38,677 bases of DNA from a virus (taxonomy: Duplodnaviria; Heunggongvirae; Uroviricota; Caudoviricetes): IMG/VR virus record IMGVR_UViG_3300045988_139913, one strand, 5' to 3'. Numbering within the stretch: the stretch's first letter is position 1; each line of letters opens with the position of its first letter. The notes beneath the pieces are model-generated. The model made no database searches. It had not been told where the DNA came from and worked only from the letters and a program-made list of their open reading frames with translations. Positions 29,353 through 38,586 of this stretch are shown here, piece after piece. A program made the translations under genes and the position numbers.

Positions 29353-29742
29353 TTACAGAAGTGAGGGCTGGTACTGGCGGTATTTCAGCCGTCGCATCCG
29401 GCGAATGGCCTTGTAAACCGTATTGAAAGTGACACCATAACGGGTGGTCAGTTCGCTGACGTTGCGACCGTTAAAATCATTCCAGATACGCAAATCCCGA
29501 ATCAGCGAGTCCAGAACCTGACCGCGTGGAATGTAGACCTGACCGCCGCCCAGATGCTTACAGATAGCCACAACAATCTCCAGTGAATGGGCAGGATCAA
29601 CACCCAGTCGGGACAATTCCCCGCGTAGTAAATCGTTCAGCTCCGCCAGCAGTGCCGGAAAGCGTGACGTATCCTCTGCGGGATTGTCAAGATGTGCCAG
29701 GATGGTGTCATCCTGCAAATCACCAAATAAATCTTCCGTCAT
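29353..29742 (-). CDS. mor: Middle-operon activator Mor
   Basis: 129 aa; C/Mor family; downstream of gemA as in Mu. Confidence 0.9.
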   Translation of the reverse strand: MTEDLFGDLQDDTILAHLDNPAEDTSRFPALLAELNDLLRGELSRLGVDPAHSLEIVVAICKHLGGGQVYIPRGQVLDSLIRDLRIWNDFNGRNVSELTTRYGVTFNTVYKAIRRMRRLKYRQYQPSLL

Positions 29743-30290
29743 TGTGCCATCCTCCGTGTCTTTCTGGCATGGGCATAAGCCGCCGTCATGGCATCATAGC
29801 CGCGCAGTTCACGACCGGACGGACTGACCGGCAATGGAAGCCCGTGACGGGAAAAGGCTTCACGAATACAGCGGATGTGCCACTGTTTGAGTGTTTCGAG
29901 GACTGTCAGCAGCGTGTCGCCATGACACCACGCCAGTGTGGAAACACCCTGTCCGCCGTTGCGTTTCGCGGTCAGGCGTTGAACATATCTGTCCAGCGCC
30001 ACATCACCGCCATCGGTAATAAAACCGTCTTCTGCCATCTGCTGCCAGATTTTATACACCTTCTCGCGGGGTGTGACATGTTCCTTAAAGCGGCGACGGG
30101 GGTATTTATTCAGCTTCTTAAAGCCGCGTTCTTTCATGGCATCGAGCACCTGTTCCAGTTGCGTAACCGTAAGCTCGCGGCAACTGATTTTGCCCGTTTT
30201 CTGCATCAGAAAAGCGCGGTAAGTGTCGTCGTCGAGTTGTAGCTCCCGACGGGCGACATGGATTAATTTAATCAGGGATGTGCGACTCAT
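29739..30290 (-). CDS. gemA: GemA
   Basis: ORF-track ORF 29739..30533 trimmed to MSRTSLIKLIHVARREL... with GGAGG RBS; upstream extension is low-complexity junk. Confidence 0.8.
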   Translation of the reverse strand: MSRTSLIKLIHVARRELQLDDDTYRAFLMQKTGKISCRELTVTQLEQVLDAMKERGFKKLNKYPRRRFKEHVTPREKVYKIWQQMAEDGFITDGGDVALDRYVQRLTAKRNGGQGVSTLAWCHGDTLLTVLETLKQWHIRCIREAFSRHGLPLPVSPSGRELRGYDAMTAAYAHARKTRRMAQ

Positions 30291-30309
30291 GATCGTACCT
30301 CCGGAAAGA

Positions 30310-30329
30310 GGCGGTGCTGCAACACCGCC
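30310..30329. other. Short hairpin between gemA start and the divergent acidic ORF
   Basis: GGCGGTG-CTGCAA-CACCGCC. Confidence 0.3.
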
Positions 30330-30359
30330 ATATTCAGTAATAACATAAAAGGAAATATT

Positions 30360-30719
30360 ATGGCTGAACAAGAACAACATACGGTGTCGGATGATGAACA
30401 AAACCCAGATTTCGAAACAAACCAGAAAGACACCCCTGTTAATAACCAGGATAAATTCTTTGGTATAACCGGTTTTATGCTGGTCGGTAATCTGATGATT
30501 AAGCTGATTGAAAACGGTGTTATCAACATGCACGATGCTTATGACATCATCAGAAATACACAGGCCAGCTATAAGAACCGAAAAACGTTCGAAGAACTGG
30601 ATTTTGAGGCCGATGAGTATGTTGATCTGCTGCTCAATAAGCTCTGGGCTTCAAGGCAGGATATTGTTAATGCCGGGAACCTCTCATCAGAGCACACAGA
30701 TACTGACGCTGTGGAATAA
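30360..30719 (+). CDS. Opposite-strand acidic protein (119 aa) of unknown function
   Basis: ATG with AAAGGA RBS; highly acidic, hydrophilic product with one hydrophobic stretch; AT-rich codon usage; minus strand of this stretch has no plausible ORF. Confidence 0.5.
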   Translation: MAEQEQHTVSDDEQNPDFETNQKDTPVNNQDKFFGITGFMLVGNLMIKLIENGVINMHDAYDIIRNTQASYKNRKTFEELDFEADEYVDLLLNKLWASRQDIVNAGNLSSEHTDTDAVE

Positions 30720-30972
30720 CCGCTGAATCATCAACGCCAAGCTCACGACAAACAATATTGTTGTGGGCTTTTTTGTTATGCAACAAAACTTCGTCGCGTA
30801 TGAGATGAATTTCCCGTGTCATAATTTCAAGGGCCTCTCTCGCAGAAAAGCCTTTACTGATTGCAGTCTCAATAACATCGCGCATACGCTCAAGCATCTT
30901 AGCTTTCACCAGTTCTTCATCCAGGTCTTTAGGCGTAAATTTAGTTTCATTATTCATATTATTCACCTTCAC
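30667..30972 (-). CDS. Early-region protein (101 aa)
   Basis: In-series with early operon; 3' end overlaps the plus-strand acidic ORF by ~50 nt. Confidence 0.55.
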   Translation of the reverse strand: MKVNNMNNETKFTPKDLDEELVKAKMLERMRDVIETAISKGFSAREALEIMTREIHLIRDEVLLHNKKAHNNIVCRELGVDDSAVIPQRQYLCALMRGSRH

Positions 30973-31141
30973 AATTCATGCACGCCGTGTCATCGCCCAT
31001 ATCGCAGTGGTTGCATTTCTGCCCGCCACAATGAGGGCACTCTTTCAGATATTCAGGAGATTCATTACCGCAGGTCGGGCATTCCTGTTTCACCGTGGTA
31101 AATTTCCCCAGCCACGAATACGATGTTTCATTGTTTTTCAT
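30959..31141 (-). CDS. Small zinc-ribbon protein (60 aa)
   Basis: CPTCG...CPHCGGQKCNHC...CMNCEG; 8 Cys in 60 aa. Confidence 0.55.
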   Translation of the reverse strand: MKNNETSYSWLGKFTTVKQECPTCGNESPEYLKECPHCGGQKCNHCDMGDDTACMNCEGE

Positions 31142-31668
31142 TGTTTTCCATTGTTTACCTCCGCCTGTTTTTGCGCCCGGATAAATTCGTCAGAAAGGAT
31201 TTCAGTCATGCGGCCTTGTGCGGGTGTCATCCCCGTCATGACGTAAATCACATCACCAACACGGAACCACTGGAGCGGCCCGAATATTGTTGCGCTGAAA
31301 TCCAGTCCCAGTGCGGGTAAAAGAGCGTCTGTGCGGGCGTAAGTGACCGGAATATTCTCCTGCCATATTTTCGCCAGCTCTCTTGCCTGCTCCCTGAGAT
31401 GAGCAGGTATCCGTGAAGTTCTGGGCCTGCAACTGTTACCTGATGCGGGCCGTTGTACGGTCCACAGCTCCCGCGAGAAGGGGCGCTCATTCCCCGGAAA
31501 ATTCACGCCATGAAAATGACGCCCACCAATACCTGTGCTGAATACTGACCGGCAACCACAGCCCAGAACCTTATCAAGATGGCGGGCTTCTTCGCGTAGT
31601 TTCAGGCAGTCCGCCATAAACTGGTCCCATGCCAGCAGTGCTGCGGAATTTGACGTTTTAAAAAACAT
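31138..31668 (-). CDS. Early-region protein (176 aa)
   Basis: ORF-track ORF 31138..31707 trimmed to Met overlapping upstream stop. Confidence 0.55.
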   Translation of the reverse strand: MFFKTSNSAALLAWDQFMADCLKLREEARHLDKVLGCGCRSVFSTGIGGRHFHGVNFPGNERPFSRELWTVQRPASGNSCRPRTSRIPAHLREQARELAKIWQENIPVTYARTDALLPALGLDFSATIFGPLQWFRVGDVIYVMTGMTPAQGRMTEILSDEFIRAQKQAEVNNGKQ

Positions 31669-32198
31669 CACGCCACCTCCTGCACCGCTGCGGGAACCGG
31701 AGAACAATCAAGAATGAGATAACGCAGTACATGGTCGGTGATATTCCAGGCGCTTGAACTGCAAATAAAACGCCCCAGCCGGATATCGATATAAGCCATC
31801 ACAAAACGGGGCATACCCTGTTCGCACATGCTGTTGTCCACTTCTGCAACGATGTGAACGGATTCACAGGTCAGTACGCCCGTCGCAAACTCTTTTGCCA
31901 GCGCGGGGATGGTATTACCTTCCACCCAGGGTAATGAGCGACGCCAGTTGCACCACACCGCATCATCAACAGCAGGCTGCTCAGTTACGTTTCGTCTTAC
32001 AGGCGGCGTCGGACGCGGGCGCGGAACGTCATAAAATCCGTTGCATTCGGTGAGCACTCCGGCATCAACTGCATCACGCAGGAAATACACCATTGACGAG
32101 GGCAGCATATTCATTTTTTCAGCCAGAACTCCGCAGGTCAGGCGTCCGTAAGCCCGTAATAATGTGCTGACACCATTCAGAATTTTTGCATCAACCAT
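31668..32198 (-). CDS. Early-region protein with N-terminal winged-helix-like segment (176 aa)
   Basis: Downstream of gam; N-terminal ~60 aa resemble a wHTH. Confidence 0.5.
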   Translation of the reverse strand: MVDAKILNGVSTLLRAYGRLTCGVLAEKMNMLPSSMVYFLRDAVDAGVLTECNGFYDVPRPRPTPPVRRNVTEQPAVDDAVWCNWRRSLPWVEGNTIPALAKEFATGVLTCESVHIVAEVDNSMCEQGMPRFVMAYIDIRLGRFICSSSAWNITDHVLRYLILDCSPVPAAVQEVA

Positions 32199-32296
32199 GT
32201 TTTATTCCTCAGTAATCTGTTTCAGGCGCGAGCAATCCCCTGACGCATCGCGCCATAATTAAAAGAATGTGAATTAATTAAATATTAATGGTGGTA

Positions 32297-32821
32297 TTAA
32301 ATACCGGCTTCCTGTTCAAACGGAATAATGGAAAAATCTTCAATTCCCGATTTAACTGTAATTCCGGCAACACTTGCGACCGCTTTCGGTTCCAGTAAAA
32401 TCGCTTCCTTGTTGATTTCCTGCTTCGTGCGAATAAAGCGTTGCAGGCCAAGACGCTCCAGCGTTTCCATCACTGCATCCATACCACGAATACTTACTGA
32501 GGGTGGACGGACCCGCCACGATACATCACCGGTGACAAGATTCGCCGTCTTCACTTTGCCGCCGTTTGTCAGTTCGTCGCGGTTCGCTTCACACCATCCC
32601 TGAACACCTTTTGAAAGGGTTTCAATATCGGTTTTAATCGGTGCAATCCGGGCTGCAAATTTCTCCGTAATTTCCGCGATGGCATCATTCATTTCCGTTT
32701 CCAGACGTGATGCTTCGCGCTGTAAATCCCCGATGCGTTTAATATCGGTAATCACCGCATCGCGGTTTTGTGGCACATAAGCCGCTGCGGCACTTTTGAT
32801 ACGTTTTGCTGGTTTAGCCAT
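32297..32821 (-). CDS. gam: Gam host-nuclease inhibitor (Ku-like DNA end-binding)
   Basis: 174 aa MAKPAKRIKSAAAAYVPQNRDAVITDIKRIGDLQRE...; matches Mu Gam as I recall it. Confidence 0.9.
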   Translation of the reverse strand: MAKPAKRIKSAAAAYVPQNRDAVITDIKRIGDLQREASRLETEMNDAIAEITEKFAARIAPIKTDIETLSKGVQGWCEANRDELTNGGKVKTANLVTGDVSWRVRPPSVSIRGMDAVMETLERLGLQRFIRTKQEINKEAILLEPKAVASVAGITVKSGIEDFSIIPFEQEAGI

Positions 32822-32840
32822 AAATTAAAGCTCCTGTTAA

Positions 32841-33140
32841 TTAATATCCGCTGTATACAATGCTGGATACAGCCCGATTGCTTAATTCCATCTTTCGGGC
32901 AATGACATGAATATCCAGCCCTTCTTTATAAAGTTCACGACACAAATATTTGTCGTGCTCACTGATTCGGTATACACACAATGATATTCCGTGCCTTCTG
33001 GCATGTGCCCGGAGGGCGGTTGTGGCGACTTTCAGTTTTTCCGCCATTTCTTCAACGGTCATTTTCCCGACGTTGGCTTCGATAAATTCCCGGTCTTCGC
33101 GTGACCAGCGCTTACGATTACACTTCATGTCAGCCACCAT
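32841..33140 (-). CDS. Early-region protein (99 aa)
   Basis: Co-directional ORF in early operon. Confidence 0.55.
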   Translation of the reverse strand: MVADMKCNRKRWSREDREFIEANVGKMTVEEMAEKLKVATTALRAHARRHGISLCVYRISEHDKYLCRELYKEGLDIHVIARKMELSNRAVSSIVYSGY

Positions 33141-33560
33141 TCAGTACAGCAGAGGCTCGCGCAGTGGTGCCGGAATATGTCGCAGCGATAACTGAACCGC
33201 TTTCAGGGCAAGCGAGGAATAACAGCAGCGCGCCCAGCCTTTTGCCATTAACCGGTAATCGCGCCAGATACGCTGCCACATTTCACGGGCTTCAGGGTCT
33301 GATGCGCAGATGTATTCCCGGTCCATGACGTACTCCCATAAATCCACGTTGAACGCACCTCCAAATGCAATGGCGCGGGATATGCTTTCGCCGCAATAAC
33401 GCGCACAGATGCTGTAATGGTCGAAAGCAATCAGGTACGTCTTTTCACCACAATCATCAACTTTCCTGGCGCAAATAAACTCGCGTAATTCACCACCGTT
33501 GTTATTGCGTTCCTGAATTCGGATTAATGCCTGAATTTCATTTCGGATTTTGACGTTCAT
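33141..33560 (-). CDS. Early-region protein (139 aa)
   Basis: Co-directional ORF in early operon. Confidence 0.55.
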   Translation of the reverse strand: MNVKIRNEIQALIRIQERNNNGGELREFICARKVDDCGEKTYLIAFDHYSICARYCGESISRAIAFGGAFNVDLWEYVMDREYICASDPEAREMWQRIWRDYRLMAKGWARCCYSSLALKAVQLSLRHIPAPLREPLLY

Positions 33561-33580
33561 TGTCAGCGTTCCTTTGCGAA

Positions 33581-33850
33581 TTAATGTTTAACCGCATTCA
33601 CCGGATGTGGTACTAAATCACATTCAGCTTCCATACCCACTTTCTTCATAGTGGTCAGCATCTCATCTTTGGCCTTTTTAATAATTTCAGGAGCCATAGT
33701 CAGGACGATATTTGCCAGTAAATCATGAGGCCCGGTATTTTCCGTTGGCGAGATATCTGCAAGACATGCTTTTGCATCCAGAACTTCTCTGCGCCCATTG
33801 CAACCGTCACTACTTTCCAGCCATGTAAACTCAAAGATAACCTTTGCCAT
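33581..33850 (-). CDS. Early-region protein (89 aa)
   Basis: Co-directional ORF in early operon. Confidence 0.5.
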   Translation of the reverse strand: MAKVIFEFTWLESSDGCNGRREVLDAKACLADISPTENTGPHDLLANIVLTMAPEIIKKAKDEMLTTMKKVGMEAECDLVPHPVNAVKH

Positions 33851-33861
33851 TTTGTTTCTCC

Positions 33862-34092
33862 TTATTGATTCTGAATAACTGCGCTGGCTTTTACCTTCGC
33901 GCCTTTTACCTGCTTAAAGAAAACCGCGCTGCACCACGGACAACATGTCAGGGAATCCCGAATTTCCTTTTCGGGTGAGCATTGCGTCATAATCTGTTCA
34001 CCACATCCGGGGCATTTATATGTCGTCAGCGGCAACCCGTGGCACTGACAGTGTTTAACCCATTCAATATATTTTTCAGCTTTAATACACAT
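33862..34092 (-). CDS. Small zinc-ribbon protein (76 aa)
   Basis: ORF-track ORF 33862..34116 trimmed to ATG with GGAG RBS; CQCHG...CPGCG...CCPWC motifs. Confidence 0.55.
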   Translation of the reverse strand: MCIKAEKYIEWVKHCQCHGLPLTTYKCPGCGEQIMTQCSPEKEIRDSLTCCPWCSAVFFKQVKGAKVKASAVIQNQ

Positions 34093-34094
34093 CG

Positions 34095-34322
34095 TTATCT
34101 CCAGATAATCTGGCAACCATTAAGACGGGCCGTCCATACAGAACGGGCCACCCCGGACTTATGCTCCATAATTCTGACCGCGTTTTTTACCAGTTCCACC
34201 GGTGGGTAAGTGATTTCAAGAATCGGACGCGCCACGCCGAGATATGATTCATTTACATGACTCCCGCGCGCCTGTAACCAGTTCTGCGCATCCGTTGCCA
34301 TTTTTATATTTCGGGCCATCAT
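34095..34322 (-). CDS. Small protein in Mu kil position (75 aa)
   Basis: First ORF after B, AAGGAG RBS; assignment as Kil is positional only. Confidence 0.55.
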
Positions 34323-34337
34323 AATTTCTTCTCCTTC

Positions 34338-35276
34338 TTAATTACGCAGCAGCGTTGAAATATCAACGTCCAGGTCTAATTCACGGAAAGCCTGACGCAG
34401 ATAATCTTCGTTAACACGCTCACCTTTACCGTGAGCCGTCATGGCGGCAAGGCGAAGTGAATGATTCAGAATGCGAAGCGCACCTGGTTTCTGCGCAATC
34501 TGCTGTAATAACTCCAGTTCTTTTTCGCCGTTAATCTGCCAGGCATCCGCAATAGCTTTTACATCGGCTTTTTTGGTTTTATTAATTGCAGTGCGCTTTG
34601 CAATACGGGAAAACAGACGGGCAAATTCAACCGTTCTGTTACCCCCCGTCATATTTGAATAAACCCGGTGATTTCCCATCAGCACAAGGCCAATACGGGT
34701 TGATTCCTGTAACAGGCGGAGTTCTTCCAGAACTTCGGCACCAAGATGATCAGCTTCGTCGATGATAACCAGCCCCTGTGTACCTTCAAGGCGACGTCGC
34801 AGGGCGCGGGAGAGCGGCCCTTTACGGCGTGGTGCGTCATTCATTCCCAGCTCAAACGCCAGTTCAGTAAGACATTCCAGAACGCTGGCACAGGATGGCG
34901 TAATGGTGATCATCCAGACATTGTTATTGGTGCGGCGATATTCACGGGCCGCTTCGGTTTTGCCCACACCAGGATTGCCACATACAACAGCAATACTTTC
35001 AGTCAGGCTGGCAAAACGCATACTTGTCCAGATTTGTTTTACCGTCTGCGTTTCCACAAAGCGGGGCGGTTCAGGTAGTTCTGCAACTGCATGATATTTT
35101 TCCAGCCAGCGTTGCAGCATTTGTGAAACACGCTCGTTATCCCCGTTGTACTTATCATTGATAAAACTACTGATAGTTCCGGTAGAAAGTCCGCTCTCAA
35201 GAGCAATTTGTTTAAAGGTGGTTTCTTCATTTTCTACAAGCGTGCGCAGTCCTGCGCGAATATCGGAAATATTCAT
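34338..35276 (-). CDS. B: Transposition ATPase/target DNA activator MuB
   Basis: 312 aa; Walker A GNPGVGKT; N-terminus MNISDIRAGLRTLVENEE as Mu B. Confidence 0.95.
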   Translation of the reverse strand: MNISDIRAGLRTLVENEETTFKQIALESGLSTGTISSFINDKYNGDNERVSQMLQRWLEKYHAVAELPEPPRFVETQTVKQIWTSMRFASLTESIAVVCGNPGVGKTEAAREYRRTNNNVWMITITPSCASVLECLTELAFELGMNDAPRRKGPLSRALRRRLEGTQGLVIIDEADHLGAEVLEELRLLQESTRIGLVLMGNHRVYSNMTGGNRTVEFARLFSRIAKRTAINKTKKADVKAIADAWQINGEKELELLQQIAQKPGALRILNHSLRLAAMTAHGKGERVNEDYLRQAFRELDLDVDISTLLRN

Positions 35277-35314
35277 CTGAATAACCTCGTAATTAAATTT
35301 TGTTTAAACGTTAA

Positions 35315-37303
35315 TTAAATGGCTTTTTTACGTCTGTTCTGTTCCAGAATATCCAGCGAATGATTCAGATATTCATCACGCTCAGTTTCGTATTCATCAT
35401 CACGCTCCTGATTCTTCACTCGTTCCGTATTACCGGAAGGCCGGAAAATGCCGACAATTCGTGATTCTGGTGCTTCAGGTTCGGCTATCTGCGGCAGCAG
35501 CTCTGCCACTTCCAGTGCATCCATTTGTTTCTGTGCCTTAATTGCTGCTTTCGTCGCAGATTTCAGTTGTTTCTGGCGGCGGCGATATTCACGGCCTGCC
35601 GCAGCATCATTAAACGCAACAGGTGCCAGACATTCCGCTTCACAGATAAACCGACCGTCAAGGGTGTAGCAATAAACCGTGCTGTGTAACTGCTGTGGAT
35701 CAAATCTGACCACAACTTTTTTTACTCCGGCATTCATTAACGCCATGTTGTAATAAACGTTTTTCGCACCTTTAAGGGAGCCACCAACTTTAAGCGCGAA
35801 CTCGCCTTTACGTGAAACGTTCACTGCCTCGGCAGGCAGTAACAGCATCCGTTTTTGCTCTTCGGTAGGCTTACGCACAATCGTTCTGGCGTATTCACGC
35901 TCAAAAACGTCATCAAACGAAAGTTTGCCTCCGCACATTTCTGTTTCACGGCCTGTTCTGGCATTGAACATCGCCACACCTTCGGCAAGGGTTTTCAGAA
36001 ACAGCTCTGCATCAACAGCGCGGTCGCCATAGTTATCAGGTTTTGCCTGCGGATTAGGCCCCGTATATGCGCCAGCCAGTGCCGGATGCTTATCAACGTA
36101 TTCCTCAAGCCCACCAACACCGAAAGCACGTTCAACAGGTTTTGCCTGGCCCCAGCCTTTACCGGCAACAACGCTTGTCCAGTGCATTTTCGCCCCCATC
36201 AGTAAAAACAGTCCTTTTGGATCGTCCTCTTTTACCTTAAAGCGGTAGCGATTGGGCGCGCCTCCCGTCAGCCATTTATTCGCAGCACCACGGGTGTTAT
36301 CAATGGTGATGTGAAAATCCTCCGGGATACCGTAGCGAGTCACAACATCCATGAACGAGAGGCGAATTGAATCAATGTTCTCGCTCACATCGCAGCGCCA
36401 GCCCAGAATTTTTCGGGTTTTCACATCCTGCCAGAACCATGTTTTCGGACGGATCACATCACCGTTAAACCAGCGTACAAAGACGTTATGCAGATAACCG
36501 TCGCCGTTGATCCACTGCATGGCGTCCAGGTGTTCCACAGTTCGCTGCTGTGCCGGTATCAGATGCATCAGTGCATGTTCACCTTCACGACAGGCAACAA
36601 CCATTGCCTCGTCCAGTTGCTGAATCCGGCGAAAGGCCGTGGCACGGGAGGGAATACTCCAGCCATGCTCGCGGGCTGCCAGTTCCAGACGCTCATAACA
36701 TTTGCGGAAGGCGGGTTTTTCCGGTCGCAGATAATCTGCAATCAGAAACTGCCAGGCATCCTCGTCAAATTCACTTTTGTGAACATTGCGACGGGATGCT
36801 CCACGTCCATCAACAAGTGCAGCCGCCCAGTCAGGCTTCGCAAACTTCTGTACCTGGTAATACTTGTCCCGCAAAGTGGATGCGCTGACCTGGTAATGCC
36901 CTGCAACGGTCGCAAAAGCCGTTTTCGTTGAAATCCCCTGGTTCAGCATTTCGTCTGCAGCCTGAACCGCAGGCAACCATTTTTCAGCAAGTCTGCGCTG
37001 GGAATCGCTGGCGTTATCCCATTTGCTCCACAGTGCCTCACGATCATAATCATGGGCTTCCAGCGTGGGGCGGGCGATTTCAAAATACCCCTGACTTGTT
37101 TCAATTCTCCCTTGTTGCAACAGAATTTCAGCACGTAATGCGACAGGGAATGATTTGATATTGAATTCAAATGATACACCTTTAGTCCCTGCAACCTGCC
37201 TGAACTCCCAGCCTTCTCTTTGTGCCTTACGTGTAATGTTAGTGGCTTGCTTTGGTAAACCTGCCAAACCGAGCAACTCTTTTGCTGTATACCATTCTTT
37301 CAT
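35315..37303 (-). CDS. A: DDE transposase MuA (D108-type N-terminal domain)
   Basis: 662 aa; C-terminal ~600 aa as Mu A; N-terminal ~60 aa diverged and homologous to the N-terminus of the adjacent repressor. Confidence 0.95.
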   Translation of the reverse strand: MKEWYTAKELLGLAGLPKQATNITRKAQREGWEFRQVAGTKGVSFEFNIKSFPVALRAEILLQQGRIETSQGYFEIARPTLEAHDYDREALWSKWDNASDSQRRLAEKWLPAVQAADEMLNQGISTKTAFATVAGHYQVSASTLRDKYYQVQKFAKPDWAAALVDGRGASRRNVHKSEFDEDAWQFLIADYLRPEKPAFRKCYERLELAAREHGWSIPSRATAFRRIQQLDEAMVVACREGEHALMHLIPAQQRTVEHLDAMQWINGDGYLHNVFVRWFNGDVIRPKTWFWQDVKTRKILGWRCDVSENIDSIRLSFMDVVTRYGIPEDFHITIDNTRGAANKWLTGGAPNRYRFKVKEDDPKGLFLLMGAKMHWTSVVAGKGWGQAKPVERAFGVGGLEEYVDKHPALAGAYTGPNPQAKPDNYGDRAVDAELFLKTLAEGVAMFNARTGRETEMCGGKLSFDDVFEREYARTIVRKPTEEQKRMLLLPAEAVNVSRKGEFALKVGGSLKGAKNVYYNMALMNAGVKKVVVRFDPQQLHSTVYCYTLDGRFICEAECLAPVAFNDAAAGREYRRRQKQLKSATKAAIKAQKQMDALEVAELLPQIAEPEAPESRIVGIFRPSGNTERVKNQERDDEYETERDEYLNHSLDILEQNRRKKAI

Positions 37304-37310
37304 AGCGCAC

Positions 37311-37532
37311 CTAGTATCGAGACGGCCAAATATCTTGCGGTGTCATTCCCAGTGCATCTGCAATGATTTTCTCCGCTTTCGGATATCTCTTATCCAAAGC
37401 ATTTTTTAATGTTGAAGACGAAAGATGATTAGATCTTCCCAATTCAGCTAGTGACATATTGCGTTTTCGTAGCTCTGCAACGATGTCAGCTCTGTGCCAA
37501 TCTTGGCGGTTAGTTCTTTTATTCATATGCAT
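37311..37532 (-). CDS. ner: Ner DNA-binding regulator (D108-type)
   Basis: 73 aa [73 protein letters not shown]; first gene of early operon. Confidence 0.9.
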   Translation of the reverse strand: MHMNKRTNRQDWHRADIVAELRKRNMSLAELGRSNHLSSSTLKNALDKRYPKAEKIIADALGMTPQDIWPSRY

Positions 37533-37717
37533 TTCATGTAATCCTTTCAGATTCCCCCGTGAGCTACGCTATAAAGTAGCTCACGGCATATCGTGCAATG
37601 TAGTGTGGAATCATTTTTAAATCAATAGTGATTTGAAAGGATTTATCATGATTTCATATAACAGCATGATTTTTATATGAATTTATTTTGTCTCTATTGA
37701 AATCACTAGGATTTTAA
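37533..37717. promoter_or_regulatory. Immunity/operator region between ner and c (divergent Pe/Pc promoters, repressor operators, transposition enhancer)
   Basis: AT-rich 185-bp divergent intergenic region with repeated TAGTGATTT-type motifs. Confidence 0.7.
37557..37586. promoter_or_regulatory. Ner operator: two perfect 11-bp inverted repeats separated by 8 bp
   Basis: CCGTGAGCTAC-GCTATAAA-GTAGCTCACGG; matches the D108 ner operator architecture as I recall it. Confidence 0.7.
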
Positions 37718-38242
37718 ATGATGTCTTTTGAAATCAAAGAATGGTTTAATGCGAAAGAGCTGGAAGGGATGCCTGGTGTACCAAAGTTGGCGACTAACAT
37801 TACCAGGAAAGCTGTGGCGGAAGATTGGGTAAAACGTCAGCGTCACGGTGGGAAAGGTGTCGCTTATGAGTATCACATCAACAGTCTGCCAGAAGAAACA
37901 CGCAGGGCCATTAAAGGAGCCTCACTTTCTGATAAACCAGTGCATACATCAATCGTCCATACAGTTGATGAGAGGCTAATTTATGCAATGAGTTTCTTAA
38001 CACCAGATGAGCAGGCCGCAGCAGTGGAGATCATTCGTGTAGCAGGGATTAAAGGACTTATGCCTACAATTGTCAGTAAAGATAAGGCATTAGAGGCATT
38101 AGGGATTACTGTGGAGCAACAGAAAACCCTGCAAACTCTTCAGGCATTACCACCGGAAAAAGTGAGAGAGATTTTGTCTCAGTATGAAGGCAAAGAACAT
38201 AATTTCCCTGTAAGAGAAAACGATGTAAAGAAAGCTGTATAA
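37718..38242 (+). CDS. c: Immunity repressor c (D108-type)
   Basis: 174 aa, divergent from ner, pointing toward attL; N-terminal domain homologous to the MuA N-terminus ([25 protein letters not shown]). Confidence 0.85.
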   Translation: MMSFEIKEWFNAKELEGMPGVPKLATNITRKAVAEDWVKRQRHGGKGVAYEYHINSLPEETRRAIKGASLSDKPVHTSIVHTVDERLIYAMSFLTPDEQAAAVEIIRVAGIKGLMPTIVSKDKALEALGITVEQQKTLQTLQALPPEKVREILSQYEGKEHNFPVRENDVKKAV

Positions 38243-38399
38243 CAACCAGGTAATAGCTAAGACATAAACTTCACTCCAGGTAATTACATATGTAAGATAC
38301 TCAAACAGTGATGATTGTTTTTGACACACATCACTTGCTGAAAGCCTGGTTGTTACCGTTTTTGAAGCATTTTTGAAGCTGTACTTGAAATGATGCGTG

Positions 38400-38581
38400 A
38401 AGTAATTGCTTTTCGTGTCTTTAATGAATCAAAAGCTGTTTCCAACAATCTTTCGCGTTTCAAGATGTAACGGCTAAAATCTGTCCTACAGGCTTGCAAG
38501 CCCCACTAAATCTAATCCCGCCAAATACCGAATAATCCAATGTCCTCCCGGTTTTTTTCGTACTTCAAGTGAATCAATACA
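38400..38581. other. Prophage left end (attL) with transposase-binding sites L1-L3
   Basis: ...CCGAATAATCCAATGTCCTCCCGGTTTTTTTCGTACTTCAAGTGAATCAATACA is the reverse complement of the Mu left terminus; additional TTTCG(T/C)G repeats at ~38421 and ~38450. Confidence 0.8.
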
Positions 38582-38586
38582 CCCGC
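38582..38586. repeat. Target-site duplication CCCGC (left-end side of prophage)
   Basis: Identical to 1600..1604. Confidence 0.8.

Larger units (their letters stand above)
1605..38581 (-). mobile_element. Complete Mu/D108-like transposable prophage, genome reverse-complemented in this window
   Basis: Terminal sequences match Mu ends (TGAAGCGGCGCACGAAAA... at 1605; ...TTTTTTTCGTACTTCAAGTGAATCAATACA ending at 38581); full Mu-order gene set c, ner, A, B ... gin, com, mom; flanked by 5-bp direct repeat. Confidence 0.95.

Noticed and set aside
29739-30533. Extended 264-aa form of gemA
   Set aside because: The N-terminal 81 residues are hydrophobic, AT-rich junk with no RBS; the conserved GemA N-terminus MSRTSLIK with GGAGG RBS starts at 30290.
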